DNA from: Eledone cirrhosa
Lineage: Eukaryota
Length of the DNA stretch: 64,000 nucleotides
Direction of reading: 5' to 3'
Assembly (NCBI GenBank): GCA_964016885.1
Contig: OZ024753.1
Span: forward strand, 33,976,001 to 34,040,000
Of this stretch, positions 39,774-55,945 are shown one piece after another (within the stretch, counting starts at the first letter, position 1; each line of letters begins with the position of its first letter). A program made the position numbers and the translations under genes. Under the pieces are notes generated by a model. That model saw nothing but the letters and a program-made list of their open reading frames with translations. It ran no database searches and was not told where the DNA came from.

Positions 39774-41089
39774 AAATGTATTTTATAACATAAAATACAT
39801 GCACTACATTCTTTTCTAAAAAGAAATTTATGTTACCATAACTCTTAGAGATACAACGTCAGAAATGGAATAAATGTGAGTCTTTAAGTTACTGGCGGTG
39901 AATCAATTTTTTATTTAGTTTTACTAATTACTAATTTTGTCCATTTCTTTGTTTTTATATTTGTTTTATTTTGTTTTGTTTTAGTTTGTGCTCTGATAAA
40001 CTGTCGAAACTTTCATTCTACCTCTTAGCAAAATATGATTATCTTCCACAACGTATAATCAATGATCAGAAACATTCCTTTAAGCTGGAGAATTATAGAG
40101 GAGCATAGTTCAATTAACACATACATGAAACTAGGGATATGGAAAGTGAGTAAATGGATGGAAATGGTAAAATAGGTGAACTAAACAGATCTGTGTATGT
40201 GTGTGTGTGTGTCTGTATTGAAAGCTTGAGATAAAAACAGAGATCAGAGATAGAAAATATATGTATGCGTATGAAGAGATAACGAAGTATAGACAGGGCA
40301 TAGTAAAAATGGGGAAATGGTGATGATAATGAATAAAACAGAAATATATAGTAAATAAAAATATGAAATAAATAATAATAATACCGACGGAAATTGAGAG
40401 AAAAAAAGAGAAAAAGAGAGAGAATTAAATGGAGGAGGGATGAAAACAAAGAAGAAAAGGGCAAGATAATTAGAAATATTGAGATAAAATAGGAGACGAT
40501 ATCAGAAATATAGAAAAATACAAGCGTAAAAGAGAGAAATATAAAGAATATACGGGGTGAGGCAAACAGACAAAATCTAACTGAATTTTTGAACTGCTAA
40601 TGTAAGCAATATGCTATAACACGAATTTGGCAAGTGCAATCAAGAAATGAGTTCAGCAGAAATTCAAAGATTACCATAATCACTAATTGGCTAACCTAAT
40701 TATTGTCACCCAGACACCTATTCTGAGAGAGCATTGCTCTAAGAGACTAATTTTTCTTTCCAATAATATATACTAGAGAAGGAAGCTGCATTAAACCAAC
40801 AAAGATAGTAGCTGCTCTGATAATGCCATTCTTACGGCAATTACATAATGTTTCTTTACATCTAAATAGTAAGAGAATGGGTCAGTATCTGTGGCTGTTG
40901 GTTGTTCTACAACGTTATTTATGTTCAGATTTTACAATCACTTTTGAAATTACTTTGTTGTGATATTATTTGTTTTCAAATGCTTATATATATATTATAT
41001 ATTCAAAACAGGAGGCGCACAAGACAAAGATAGATATATGTATGAACATATGTGTGCGTGTTTGTAGAGAGAGAGGAGGTGTCTATGAA

Positions 41090-41330
41090 CCGGGTGGTAT
41101 GCTGTAATATAATGGTAACACAGCGTTAAAACGTCTGATATATTGATTTGCGGTATGTATTTGTTCTGACTCTTTCATTCTAAGTTCAAATCCCGCCGGT
41201 GGTGACTTTACTTTTCATCCTTCTGGCTTCTATTAAATCATGTACCAGTTAAGCACTAGGGTCAGTTTACAAGTATCGACTTTCTCCTAACCCAAATTGC
41301 TGGCCTTATGCCTAGATTAGAAAGCGTTAT
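41090..41330 (+). mobile_element. Degenerate tRNA-derived SINE
   Basis: agttcaaatcccgcc B box, core and tail. Confidence 0.7.
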
Positions 41331-42044
41331 AAATCTATCATTTTTCTTGATATAACAGCCTTCAGAACTTCGTTGGATCTATGAGGATGTTATTAAAGAC
41401 TGAACACAGTAAAAAATGATTTGACACCTGAATGGGAATTTTCCGATAAAGTAAAAACTTTGAAGCATATCCATTGTGGAAAAAAAATAGATATGCTTAA
41501 AAGAATACTTTGACAGCAGAGATAGGAACAAAGGACTATTAATAATGTTTCGACAAACTAAAGTACTTCAGAACTATCAATTCTGTTGTCAATAACTGAA
41601 TATAGTGTTAGAACATAGCAATTGTTGTACAAGGGAATTTTCACATGTTTGAAAATTACAAACCTGAATTCTTCAGACCTGTAATTTACAAGATATAGAT
41701 TGTGAAGCCCAACACACTAATATCTATAAACTATACTCTAAAAGATTCTAATCAATAAATACATTAAAAATATCACCATGATGATAACATAAACCACTCA
41801 ACATAATTGTATATATACTAATATTGAATAATCTTCCTGAGTATTTGAATATCTTCTGTGTTGATGAAGCCACATTTGTGTATTACTTAAAATCTGTAGT
41901 GACTATTTCATTAAACGATTTAGAGATATCTCCTTACTGTTGTAGGAAATCCATGGGATATTGGTCTCTTGTACACTTCTAAACATTTTACATTCTTTTT
42001 TTCTTCAGTGGAAGTCATATCTATCTGGATTCAACGATATTATG

Positions 42045-42262
42045 TACTTGGGTTGACAGAATCGGTAGACCGTCAAACAGCCTGCTTCGCTGCATAGAGT
42101 TACGGCCCTTTACATTCTGAGTTCAAATCCTGCCACGGTTAACTTTGCCTTTCATCCTTCCGGGGTCGATAAAATAAAGTACCAGTCACGCACTGGGGTC
42201 GATTTAATCGAATTTCCCCTCACTCAAAATTGCTGGCCTTCTGCCTAAATCTGAAACCATTA
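42045..42262 (+). mobile_element. tRNA-derived SINE
   Basis: Head, B box, ctttgcctttcatccttccggggtcgataaaataaagtaccagt core, tail. Confidence 0.85.
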
Positions 42263-42954
42263 TGTGGTATCTGATATCATTTAATTTAATCTAATTTGAT
42301 CAGTTAAGTTTAACAATTACCTGTAGATATATCCTCAGAAATATTCAATCCAAATGATAATTTAATCTAGTTTCAAAACAATATAATCCAAGGAAACTAG
42401 TTATATTCTGCGTCAGCAATGAGTAATAAGAAAGAAAGGCCGTCTAAAGTTTCGGGTGGTTGACCTTCTTCAGGGAAAGAGAAAAATGTCTTTCTTATCA
42501 CAAAGCTGAGGAAGCGAGTAAGTGAAGGACAAAGGGTCATATACGTGCTAACCGGATGGCGCCCAAAACATTGTGGTGGGTGTCCAGAACTTCAGACCTC
42601 TTCTATTTCGTATTATAAAATATAATACACTATTTGAAATATTTGTAATATATCTGTCGGGTTTCGTATATCTCTTCTTAGACATTGTTTAAGCAAACTC
42701 ATTCGACAATGTCAAGGAAATGGCTCAGATTAAAATGTAAACACTAAAGAATTTCATAATACTTAATTGTCTATAACATTGTATTAAATCTGTGTAAATG
42801 TTAGTTAATCAAATTCACAAAGTAAGTCATTTGTAAAGCAACACTGAATCAGAGAAGCAACCCACTGACATTCTGTTTTTATTTTTCTCTTATCATTTCA
42901 ATTCTAGATTGAAATCTTCACACTTCTATACTTTACTTTGAAGTATCATTATTT

Positions 42955-43370
42955 GGCGTCCCTTACGGGGTCGATAAAATAAAGTACCAGTAATGCACTG
43001 GGTAATTGCTGGCCTTGTGCCTAAAGTAGAAACAATTATTTGGCGTCCCTTTACGATCTGAGTTCAAATCCCGCCGAGGTTGACTTTGCCTTTCATCCTA
43101 ACGGGGTCGATAAAATAAAGTACCAGTAATGAACTGGGTAATTGCTGGCCTTGTGCCTAAAGTAGAAACAATTATTTGGCGGTGGATTGGCAGTATCGGT
43201 AGAGGGTCGGACGCCATGCTTTGACGCATAGAGTTACGGCCCTTGCCATTCTGAGTTCAAATCCCGCCGAGGTTAACTTTGCCTTTCATCCTTATGGGGT
43301 CGATAAAATAAAGTACCAGTAATACACTGGTTATTTGTTGGCCTTGTACCAAAAGTAGAAACAATTATTT
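42955..43370 (+). mobile_element. Three head-to-tail SINE copies of increasing length
   Basis: Each ends agtagaaacaattatttgg. The third is full length with A and B boxes. Confidence 0.9.
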
Positions 43371-44580
43371 GGTTATCTGAATTGTTATTTACAAATTTCT
43401 TATTCATATAAATTCTGAGTTTTTTAAATCATGGTTGGGGCACTATATAGGTTAGAAGTGGCTTCCTTTAGCTAATTTCACTTGTACCCATCCCCCAAAC
43501 AACTCCATATACAACTCTATTATGAAAAATAAAATAAACTATCCCCTCTGAGATTTCTGATAGCAGTTTTTAAGCTGCTACTGTATATATGTTCAAAGTT
43601 ATGATATCCCTCTCAATAGAATAGCAATAGTACTAACATAGCGTTATTCATAAAAGAAATGTATATATGATAAGTCTGTCTGTTCAAAGTTATGATATAC
43701 CTTACATGTTTACTCAATTTTATATCCTTTGACACATTTACAATAAAATCCTGTATTTCTGCTATTTATTCCAGACCTGTCAACTCTCCCCGTCCGACGG
43801 GGAAAATCTCCCACCCACTTTGGGGTGGGTGAGAGATGTCTTCTCTTGTGAAAATGGGTATAGCTTTCATTACCAGTAATGCACTGGGATAATTGCTGGC
43901 CTTGTGCCAAAAGTAGAAACAATTATTTTAAATCTCCCCATTTTGCCTCATTTCTCCCCGTTTTGGGGCACTTTTTTTCATGGTACTCTCCGTTTGGGGT
44001 TTTAGAGGTTGGCAGGTCTGGTATATATATTATATGTCTACCTCTTCAAATTATAATATCCCTTTTATGTTTACGCAATTGTATACCCTTTGACACATTT
44101 TACAATAATATCCTATATTTCTGTTATTTATTCCCCCCATTTAAGTTTTAATCAAAACTATATGAAAACTTAGTTGCTAATAACTATCTAATTATTCTTT
44201 TTAAAAAAAGCATAACTGGTTGATACATATTGTTTCCAGTAGCTATAATATAATCATTTATAGCACTCTGATTATATTTAGTGGGTTTGTTTGTTTATCC
44301 TTTAGTTCTATACTGCTAATACTACTGCTAATACTACTGCTACTACTACACTCTGTTGTTTAATCAAAGTTAACATGTTTATAGTTAATCATTATTACTC
44401 TGTGGCATATCTCTTCTGTACGAACAAAATAATTATCTCTTATTGCCAAAAGGAGAAGAAACAACTAATGTTTTTAGCTTTCGGCTATTACTTTCTTACT
44501 TCCTTAATAGCTGTTCATCAGATTATTTCTTTATACAACAGACGCGTCTCTATATTTCTCAATATCTCTATCCGTACTGT

Positions 44581-44631
<51 letters not shown>

Positions 44632-44825
44632 GTATATATATATATATATATATGTGTGTGTCTTGTATACTCTCATTACTTTCAGGGTTTTTTACTTGGA
44701 CTACCTTTTATTTTCTGGATCTATCCTTTGTGATCCTGTCGAATTTTCTTTCCCCTTTTCCATATAAAGCGTGAAACTAATAAGACTGTTTGTACCTCTG
44801 TTTCGTCGTTTCCTTGGACACTATA

Positions 44826-44893
<68 letters not shown>

Positions 44894-45780
44894 GAAATAG
44901 ATAGAGAGAGAGAGAAGTATGTATTATACATACATATATCCATGCTATGGTATGGTCCCGTAACTCCTGATAGTCGTGGGGGTGCCGTTTCTTGTGCATT
45001 TTAAGCCTAGCGAAGCCCATCCCTCTCCAAACCAGAACACACCAGATTTCTTCCATCACTACAAAGTAGCGGGATATATATTATGGAAACACAGTAAAGA
45101 TATACCGGAAAAGATATGTGTGTTTGTGAATTGTTTTACGTCTTTTTTCATGATTTTCACAATGCGGGTATTTCGAAATTTATCAAATCCTGAAAATAAT
45201 CTTCAAAAGTGTTGAAAATATTAAACAAAGATGTTGATCGATATACCATTGATGTTTTATGTCTTAAAGAATTGAATTTTCTACTTCTACAATCAATCAT
45301 TTTTTTGTAAACGTAATTACATATTTTACGTCTTTAGCTTGTACTCTCTTAGTAAAGTCGCGTTTGAGAAAGAGACTGAACAGAGATGAAAAACTTACTT
45401 ATTTTACTGTTGTTTTCACTTTTCACACTATGGTAAAGTGTTTGAAATAGTTTCCTTGTTTCTTTCATAACACATTAATACATGTTGCTTGACAATAGAT
45501 TATTTTTGTAAAACTTTTCAACTTTTTTTACACACTCGTAAAAAGTCATAACATATTTTAGGCATAGCAGCAGGCATTTGATTGTACGATAGCCTCGGGT
45601 TAACCATTGCGTTGTGAGTGGATTTGGGTAGCCAGAAACAGAAGAGGCCCAACACACACACAAATGTATGTGTGTATATGTGTGTGTGTATGTACATATA
45701 TTGATGGGAGTGTTTTATGTAAAATCAGGCGTAAAACAATCAAACACAGAACGTTCGTAATTACTGTTAAATCCTTCTAG

Positions 45781-45816
<36 letters not shown>

Positions 45817-45962
45817 GTACATATGTTCATATATATATATATATACACGTACATATATGCATATATATATATATGCCTGATCGCACGTGTGTGATTATGT
45901 GTTTGTCTGTTTGTACATATATATATTTTTATTGAATATCTTTATATAAACAGATGGAAGCG

Positions 45963-46949
<987 letters not shown>

Positions 46950-47873
46950 TTCTTCCTAGATATAATGATAATCAAAAACGACACCACCATTACCACGGAT
47001 ATATATTATAAACACACAGACACGCATCAATATCTGAATTTTAAGTCGTGCCATCCACCTCATACAAAACGCAACATCCCATACTGCCTAGTCAGAAGAA
47101 TTTGTACCATTGTAGAAGATACGAATACCAGGTACAAACGCCTAACAGAACTAAGAGAATTTTTGCTCAAACAAAAATACCCATCTCTACTTATAGAAAA
47201 TGGCATACAGCGGGCTATAAAAATACCTATACAACAACTTAGGACAACCCAAGGAAGAAGAAACCAAGAACTGGTCATACCATTTATAATGACACACAAC
47301 CCATGTCACCAGAATATCTTCAACACTGCCAAAGCAAACCTACCGATCATTGCTCAAAGTAATGAATTAAAAGGCTTAATCACAGATCGATCTTTGACTC
47401 TTAGTAAAAGACAGCCAAAAAATTTGAAGCAATTACTAACAAAAGCAAAGTTTGCCCTTAACAACAAAGACCAATCATTCACTGTATCTAAATGCAATGA
47501 TAGTCCATGCGGAACATGTCAATCCATACACGCCGGTCAATATATGAAAGCAAAAACTGGAAAAATACTCCCAAATGCAAATATGAACTGCAAAAGCAGA
47601 AATCTAATTTACTGCATTAAATGCCCGAATTGTGAAGAACTATATGTCGGTCAAACTGGAAATGCACTATCGGAACGTGCACGAGTACACCGTCAGCAAA
47701 TCAGAGACCCAAATGTCCGTCAGATACCCCTAAGTAACCATCTAGCAACATGTGGTCAGGGAATATTTATAATATTCCCATTCTACAAATTACACAGCCC
47801 AAGTGAAATCAAGAGAAAAATCAAAGAAAAGAATTTTATTGATAAATTCAAACCCAAGCTAAATGAACAATAA
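46950..47873 (+). CDS. Penelope-like RT C-terminus/thumb + GIY-YIG endonuclease (N-terminally truncated, open frame)
   Basis: FLD…[28 protein letters not shown] (PLE RT7/thumb), CxxxxCxxC linker, [20 protein letters not shown]…R…H…E…LN (GIY-YIG). The upstream part of the track ORF is only microsatellite. Confidence 0.92.
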   Translation, partial: FFLDIMIIKNDTTITTDIYYKHTDTHQYLNFKSCHPPHTKRNIPYCLVRRICTIVEDTNTRYKRLTELREFLLKQKYPSLLIENGIQRAIKIPIQQLRTTQGRRNQELVIPFIMTHNPCHQNIFNTAKANLPIIAQSNELKGLITDRSLTLSKRQPKNLKQLLTKAKFALNNKDQSFTVSKCNDSPCGTCQSIHAGQYMKAKTGKILPNANMNCKSRNLIYCIKCPNCEELYVGQTGNALSERARVHRQQIRDPNVRQIPLSNHLATCGQGIFIIFPFYKLHSPSEIKRKIKEKNFIDKFKPKLNEQ

Positions 47874-48077
47874 TAACGCTTAGGGGTATTACTTCTACTA
47901 TGACTACGACCACTAACAACAACAACAACAACAACAACAATAATAATAAAAGTTATGTTGATGGTGATGATTACTAGAAAATGCTATTTTCATCATTTCT
48001 AAAAATAGCAAAACAATTGATGTTTTGGATATGATTAATTATTGGTCGTTAGACATGCTCAACCAGCCGTGACGCTT

Positions 48078-48180
48078 AAACCAATCAGCTTTAGTAATTC
48101 AGTGAAACTACACACTGATTGGTCGAAATACAGTTTGCAAGATTTAGCATTCTGGAGCCACTTTTCACTGTATATAAGGT
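48078..48180 (+). promoter_or_regulatory. Putative pLTR promoter (inverted CCAAT pair + TATA)
   Basis: ccaatcag ~48081, ctgattgg ~48115, tatataagg ~48171, upstream of the HHR. Confidence 0.4.
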
Positions 48181-48240
48181 ACAAAATTTACCCATCTCAT
48201 TACAGTTGAAAATTGCAAACTTGACTGTCACCACATATTA

Positions 48241-48279
48241 TGAACCTTAAGATTGCGAAAGCATGAAAGTACTTGTTCA
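48241..48279 (+). ncRNA. Minimal PLE-type hammerhead motif with G5>U core change
   Basis: UGAAC-CUUAAGA-uUGC(gaaa)GCAu-GAAA(guac)UU|GUUCA. Palindromic loop III as described for Penelope HHRs. Confidence 0.75.
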
Positions 48280-48415
48280 ATTAACACTTAGAATTTAATA
48301 TTCTATCATACTATTTCATTATAATACCATTATAAATTTTAAAGGATTGTAAATAAAACGAGTAAATCAGACAAAGTTGGAATTCCTCTTAATATATATA
48401 CATATATATATATAC

Positions 48416-48531
<116 letters not shown>

Positions 48532-48558
48532 GTGTATGTATATATATGTATATATATG

Positions 48559-48595
<37 letters not shown>

Positions 48596-48918
48596 GTAGG
48601 CACACACACGTGCATATCTAAAGAAGAATATGCATGTGTGTGTGTGCCTACGTATTCACCTTTAGAGGCGTATGTGTGCGTATGAATGTGTTTGTGTGTT
48701 CCTATAATATTCATTATTGTCACTTCACGTCTCCAGTCTTTTTTTATTGATGTCGTTGTTTTCTTTTAGTTTGACACTACTTTCCGCCTTTTGCCTTCCC
48801 TTTTCATTCACATCTTCCATTCGTACAAAAATCATATTGATTTTGGTAGAACACTTTTGTTCAGTAATTCAACAAACATTTCTGCATCTGTTAAATAATT
48901 GTCACATATGAAACAATA

Positions 48919-48958
<40 letters not shown>

Positions 48959-49332
48959 TCTGTTTATATATATATATATATAGTATATATATATATATAT
49001 AGTATATATATATATATATACACACACATATATATATACAATGTACATATACACACACACATAAATATATATATACACATATATATATATGCACACATAC
49101 ACATATACATACATTTGCGTATATACATACATATGCGTATATACATACATATGTATATGTATGTGTATGTATGTGTATATATATGTATACATACATATAC
49201 ACATACATATGCACATATATACATACATATACACACACACACACATACATATGCACATATATACATACATATACACACACACACATACATATGCACATAT
49301 ATACATACATATACACATATATACATACATAT

Positions 49333-49420
<88 letters not shown>

Positions 49421-49803
49421 TTCTTTCTCTGTCATCTTAAGAATGAAAACCATGTTATATCAACCAGCTTCCATTAATATTTCTCTTTCTTTTTCAATTT
49501 ATTCTTTTATGTCTAGCCATCCACACCACACAACTACACTCACTACAACCATTACAGCTATCATCAACTCCATCATATATTGGCTTTATTCTATGTTGTC
49601 TATTTTTCCATTATTTTCTTACTAACTCGTCTTTCGAAAAACTAATCTCTTCGTTTTTTTATTGAATAATTCTTTCTCACCTTCAGCAAGAATAATTCCC
49701 TCCATAATTTCCTCATTCCCCCTCCAGGCACTTTCAGGTTTCTTGTTAGTAAGCTGCTTTCTTTATTTGTTTTCCGGTGCTGTTGTTGTTGATATTATTA
49801 TAA

Positions 49804-49838
<35 letters not shown>

Positions 49839-49841
49839 TAT

Positions 49842-49910
<69 letters not shown>

Positions 49911-51979
49911 TAAGGTCGTTAAATAACAGGTTAATAAATGAAGGAAAACAGAAATAAATCGAGAAAAACATTTACTTTGTGAATAACTAATATTATCAGA
50001 AAAAAATGTTGCAAGGAACATAGCTGAAGTCTTACTTAAACAGGTTAAATATATAAAGACAAATACATGTAACAATACAACCATAAAATGCATAACACAT
50101 TCGGTCTAGCATATATCAATTTCTGACAAAGATGTTTTAAGCTATGCTGATGAGGTAACAGATGCGAGATCATAACATTAACCATTAGAATATATAAAAT
50201 GTTTTTCTTCGTTCCATTTCTTGCTTTTGTAATTGAAAAATGGATTCCGAACTTGAACTTGCATAAATGTTTTCTGCTTTCTATTGTTATGATTTCAGCA
50301 AAATTATGGAAATACAACGGAAGAATATATTCAATTTTAAATAATATGTAGACAAGTGTTTTGTTGTTGTTGTTGTTTGTTTGTTTTTGTGTGATTTCTT
50401 TTCCAAAATGTCTACCAGAATATGTGAAATCATTTGCAATCCTGCCTTGTAGAGTAAACACACTTCTTAACTTCTTGGGTAAGTGTATGTTACTACATTC
50501 AATAAAAGCTAGCGTTGTAGTGAAGAAATATAAGTCGATGACTAATAAGATATTTTTTAAAATTATGCATCTCAAAGGAAAACCAAATCCAATATGTCTT
50601 TAACTTATTTTAGCTTCCTCAGTGAAGTTTAAGCTAACGATAACTTTCTGAAGTGATAGTGAAAACATAAATCATTAAACAAACACGAATGTATAGTTGA
50701 TCGCGTAGAAACATCGAATTATGTGAAATTTATGTAATTCTTAAATCCCTTAGTGCTACTGAATTCATACTATGCTCCATGTTCTTTCATTTTAGTGTGT
50801 AAATGTTTGCTTTTTTGTTGTTGTTTTGTTGCTGCTAATGCTGTTGCTTTTGGTGATATAGCTGTCGTTGCTATTCTAGCCAAGTTTAAATATCTGAAGT
50901 CAGTTTATCATATGACATCTTCAGCTAAATAAAATACTAAGAATAGCCGATATGCCATCATTGCCATAGGATCATACATTACAAAACATTAAACTGGATG
51001 AGTGGTTAGGGCGTAAGTCAAAACATCTTGCGACATTTATTCTCGTTCTCTGTGTCCTGAGTTCATTCCACATTGAGGCCAATTTTGCGTTTTATCTTTC
51101 TCGGTCGATAAATTATAGAATTAGTCCAGGGCGATAGGTTAGCGGGATTTTTAGAGCGTCGGTATTTGTTTTGACTAATGTGCTTCGGGTTGTTTATTTA
51201 TATTTTAGTAGTAAATTTAGCCTGGTTTTACGTTTAAGGTCACAGCTCGATTCTTCTTTGGGTGGCTTTCGTGGATTACTCTCTGTTGCTAATATTTTAT
51301 TTATATCTTCAGGATAATTTCCTCTACTCTTATATCGGTCTCGTAGGCGCTAAAAAATGAATGATGGGTGATAAAAATATATTTCTGTGACGAATAAAGT
51401 GGCAGTCAATGTGATATTTTTTTGTTATCCAGGGTTCTTAGGAAATATTTGTGCAACTGCACCAAAACTATGAGATTCCACGTCGTCATATTTCAATTAA
51501 TCTTTCAATATCTTACTAATGAGATGAATATTAAGTACAGTGTATTTACACGATTCAATAATCTTAATTTTAAGAATATTGTTGAAAAACTATTTAGGCA
51601 AAATAGAATTATTTTGTATAGATTATAGGGCATTCCGTTTTGGCTACTTTTATGCATGTATAATTACTGATAAAGTTAAACAGATTAGAAATATAATCAC
51701 AAATAGTTTGCAATTTTGTTTACTTCAATGCAATTTGTGTAGCTGCAAGAATGAAATCGAATTATAAAAATAAAAATATGAAATTATCAACGTTATGTCA
51801 GTCTAATAACAAGAAATGTTACAGCATTTCTAAAATAAGACGACGAAGTGGAATATATATATATATAAAGATAAAATATATATAAAGATAATAGTAAATT
51901 TGTTTGAATGTCTGTATGTGTGTGTGTGTAGACATGAATATATGCATATTACATATTTATAGGTATATATATTTATATA

Positions 51980-52036
<57 letters not shown>

Positions 52037-52075
52037 ATGTATATATATATATATGTGTGTGTATGTATATATATA

Positions 52076-52106
<31 letters not shown>

Positions 52107-52137
52107 GTGTGTGTGTATGTATATATGTATATATATA

Positions 52138-52445
52138 CTGATGATTTATAAGTGCCCACCTAAATATACTCTTACATGAATATATATTAGGCTTCTACAT
52201 AAACTGGAAACATTCTCCCAAACTTGTAGAAAACTTATAATGAAACAATTGTTTGGAAAGAGAGATATACTTTAACTTTAATTATATCTCATAAAATAAT
52301 ACAACTGGTTTTTCCACATTATACATATTGTTAGCACCCCAAACACTTAAATTGGGTTTATATTTTAATATAACCTAATGTTTGTTGAGTGAGATGGTTA
52401 CCAGTCAGAGTTTAGCTTTAAACTATCTCTGTTATTGTATTAAAT
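52138..52445 (+). mobile_element. Second copy of the big-stem-II HHR element terminus
   Basis: Reverse complement of 7140-7445. Starts at CTGATGA directly after (TA)n. Confidence 0.85.
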
Positions 52446-52486
52446 TATATATATATATGTATATATTTATATATATACAGAGAGAA

Positions 52487-52560
<74 letters not shown>

Positions 52561-52914
52561 GGTTCAGATCTAGTGCTTTTGAGACTGAGATCTCAATATT
52601 TATAATATATCTACGTATGCGTGGATATACGAACGTATATGAACATACTCATATACACGGGTGTGTATTTGTGTGAGTGTACAAATTCGTACGTATGTGC
52701 AGGCCTGTGCGTATAATGCAATTTTTCTTTACTCTTCCTTGCTTCCATGATCCACGTTTTCCATGTCATTGTTATCTCCATGATGACAACCTGACGTGCC
52801 GCCCTTAATACAAGAACCAGTTCAGGTCTCAGGATCCTGTTCGCCACCTTTGCTGGGTTCGGCTGCTGCTATTTCTCATCTACAAATACTTCCCAGCCAT
52901 CATCAACGCATAAC

Positions 52915-53410
52915 ACACCTTGGCAGCCTCAGTAGAGTGCCGGACAACATGATTTGCAGAATATTTTTGCGGTCCTTTACGTTCTGAGTTCAAATCCATC
53001 CTACGTTAGCTTTGCTTTTCATCCTTACGAGGTCGATAAAATAAGTACCAGTAATGCACTGGGGGCGGTTTAATCACTTTTCCCCTTCCCTTCAAATCTC
53101 TGGCCTTGCTCCTAAATGAGAAAATGTTGTTATTTCTTCGGTAAGGGTGTTGGATTGATCGTATCGGTAGAGCGTCGGGCAACATGGTTTGCCATATATA
53201 GTTACGGCCCTTTACATTCTGAGTTCAAATCCCTCTACCGTTAGCTTTGCCTTTCATCGATAAAATAAGTACCAGTAACGCACTGCGGTCATTTTAATCG
53301 CCTTTCCACTCCCCCTTCAAATTACTGGCCTTGTGCCTAAATCACAAACCATTATTATTTTTTCTGGCAAAGGTGTTGTATTGGCAGGCTCGTTAGAGCG
53401 TCGAACAAAA
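52915..53410 (+). mobile_element. Tandem tRNA-derived SINE copies
   Basis: Two full copies and the head of a third. Confidence 0.8.
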
Positions 53411-53691
53411 TACTTTGTGATTGTGACGTATGTGTTCATATTTTTGTTAGGCGGAGGAAGTAGAAAATATAGACTCTTGTATTGCATCACCCTCATGATA
53501 TAGAGAAGAGGTGGTTGTTTCTTGTGTCATGTTAATGTTTGTTCTGTTGTGCATGATGTGTGCAATGTGAGATGTGTTGTTATATTTTATTATGTGTGCA
53601 TTGCATACTATTATATTGTATTTGGAGGCTGTTCTGTTATTATTGGGATTATTGTTATTATTTTCATTGTTGCAGTTGCTATTATTACTAC

Positions 53692-53765
<74 letters not shown>

Positions 53766-54689
53766 ATAAAGTTTAATATAGAAATACACACACAAACATA
53801 CATATATATGCAATTATATATATGTGTGTGTGTGTGTGCGTGTGCGTGTGCGTGCGTGTGCGTGTGTGTGTGCGTGTGCGTGTGCGTGTGTGTGTGTGTT
53901 TTAAACAACTCTAGAGTATTTTGATAATTCAAATATGTGAGTATTGGCATGGAACCACATAGAGATAATTTTATAACCAGCATTTCATGTTAGCGGGAAT
54001 TCAATAGAGTGGTTATTGATTTGGAATCTTTGAAGACATAATCTTTGCAGTTGATTCTCCTTTGTACAGCCAGTCAATCAACCTTGATGCCGCAATGTTA
54101 ACTACATTTCAACTATGTGAGCTCAACTAGGTAACGTATTTGTTAATCTAAGCTAAAAGCTAATACGGGGAAAATGTTACAAACTATAACAATGAATGTA
54201 GGCAATTTTACTACACTGCCTTATCACAAACCTCGTAGAATTCATCTAAGCAGATAATATGTGAGGATTACCTTGAGCAGTGTCTTCTACTAAGAATAAG
54301 TTCACATACGCACATTTGATAAGCATGCATGCAGTCTTACCAACTGTGGTTTAGTGTCTGAGGTGTTGTTTTCACGATAGTAAGCTCGCGTGGCGCATCG
54401 ACTTCTTGATCAGCGCCTTTTATTACATGTTGCTTTAATCGACTCAGTTGAAAAGGATTATGAGCAGTTCACCAGCATCTGCAGGAAGCTAACGTTGTGA
54501 GGAACTGGGATTTCCTCCTCCCAGGGACTATTGTGTAGTCTTAATCACTTCTCACGCTTTCTACCCACCTAACATCTAAACATAATTGTCCCTTTCTTTG
54601 AAACTCTTTTGTAAAAAAGAAAAAGAACTGAAGCAATATATATAATATATATATATATTTATTAAAATAACAATAAAAACAAGAATGTA

Positions 54690-54967
54690 CAACAGCAACA
54701 GCATAAACAATATCAGCAACAACATCAACAACATCAACATCATCAACGCCAATATCAACAACAGCAACAATATCAACAAGAATGACATCAACAACAACTG
54801 CAAACATCTCTAACAACATCAAAGATATCAACATCAATGACGTCAACATGTACATCAACATCAACAACAACAACAACAACAACAACACCATCAGCAGCAA
54901 TATCAACAACAATACCAACATCAACAACAATATGAATAGCACAAATAACATCAACAAGAACTACTTC

Positions 54968-55002
<35 letters not shown>

Positions 55003-55170
55003 CTACTTCATCAACATCATCAACATCATCAACAACATGAATAACTTCATCAACATCAATAACTTCTACAATGTAACACCAACATCATCAACATCTACAA
55101 CATGAATAACTTCATCAACATCAATAACTTCTACAATGTAACACCAACAACATCATCTTCAACAACAACC
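54690..55170. repeat. (CAA/CAT)-rich low-complexity tract with ~65-bp internal duplication
   Basis: Direct inspection. Confidence 0.9.
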
Positions 55171-55439
55171 TATTGGCCTAAATACAGCTACACGTTTATA
55201 TCTTCAAGATATAGACATAGAGCGGTAATTAATTTGTTAGTTAGATACTTCATCAACAGAAACCTAAAAAAATATCTGTTTTGCTTTAGAATATAATTTG
55301 TTAACCGATAACTTGTGAAATACATTGCCTCAGTTAAAGTAACACATGTTATGTTGTTGATGCTACAACTCACGCCTGCGCGGGTTTCACCCATCTCCTA
55401 TGAGATTGCATCACATATATGGTTTCTAGGGAGGCTTTA

Positions 55440-55624
55440 ATAATCGTTTCTTATATAGGAACAAGGCCAGCAATTTTGGGGGAGGGAAAGTTGATTAAAT
55501 AGACTCCAGTGCGTGACTGGTACTTTATTTCATCAAACCTGTAAGGAACGGACTTACTGAGGTCGATTTAATCGATATTGCCTTCCCCCAAAATTGTTGG
55601 CATTGTGTCTAAATAAGAAACCAA

Positions 55625-55670
<46 letters not shown>

Positions 55671-55862
55671 ATAAAGGGCGGTGAATTGGCAGTATCGGTA
55701 GAGGAACGGACGCCATGCTTTGACGCATAGAGTTAGGGCCCTTGCCATTCTGAGTTCAAATCCCGCCAAGGTTAACTTTGCCTTTCATCCTTACGGGGTC
55801 GATAAAATAAAGTACCAGTAATGTACTGGGTAATTGCTAGCCTTGTGCCTAAAGTAGAAACA

Positions 55863-55901
<39 letters not shown>

Positions 55902-55945
55902 TCTACTTTTGGCACAAGGCCTTTTGCCAAAAGTAGAAATAATAA
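55440..55945. mobile_element. SINE cluster in mixed orientation separated by (ATT)n
   Basis: Full + copy 55675-55865, plus partial copies and inverted tails. Confidence 0.8.

Larger units (their letters stand above)
46950..48392 (+). mobile_element. 5'-truncated Penelope-like element with 3' pLTR, inserted in (TA)n
   Basis: RT/GIY-YIG ORF, then a 3' region with inverted CCAAT boxes, TATA-like motif and HHR. TA tracts on both sides. Confidence 0.9.
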
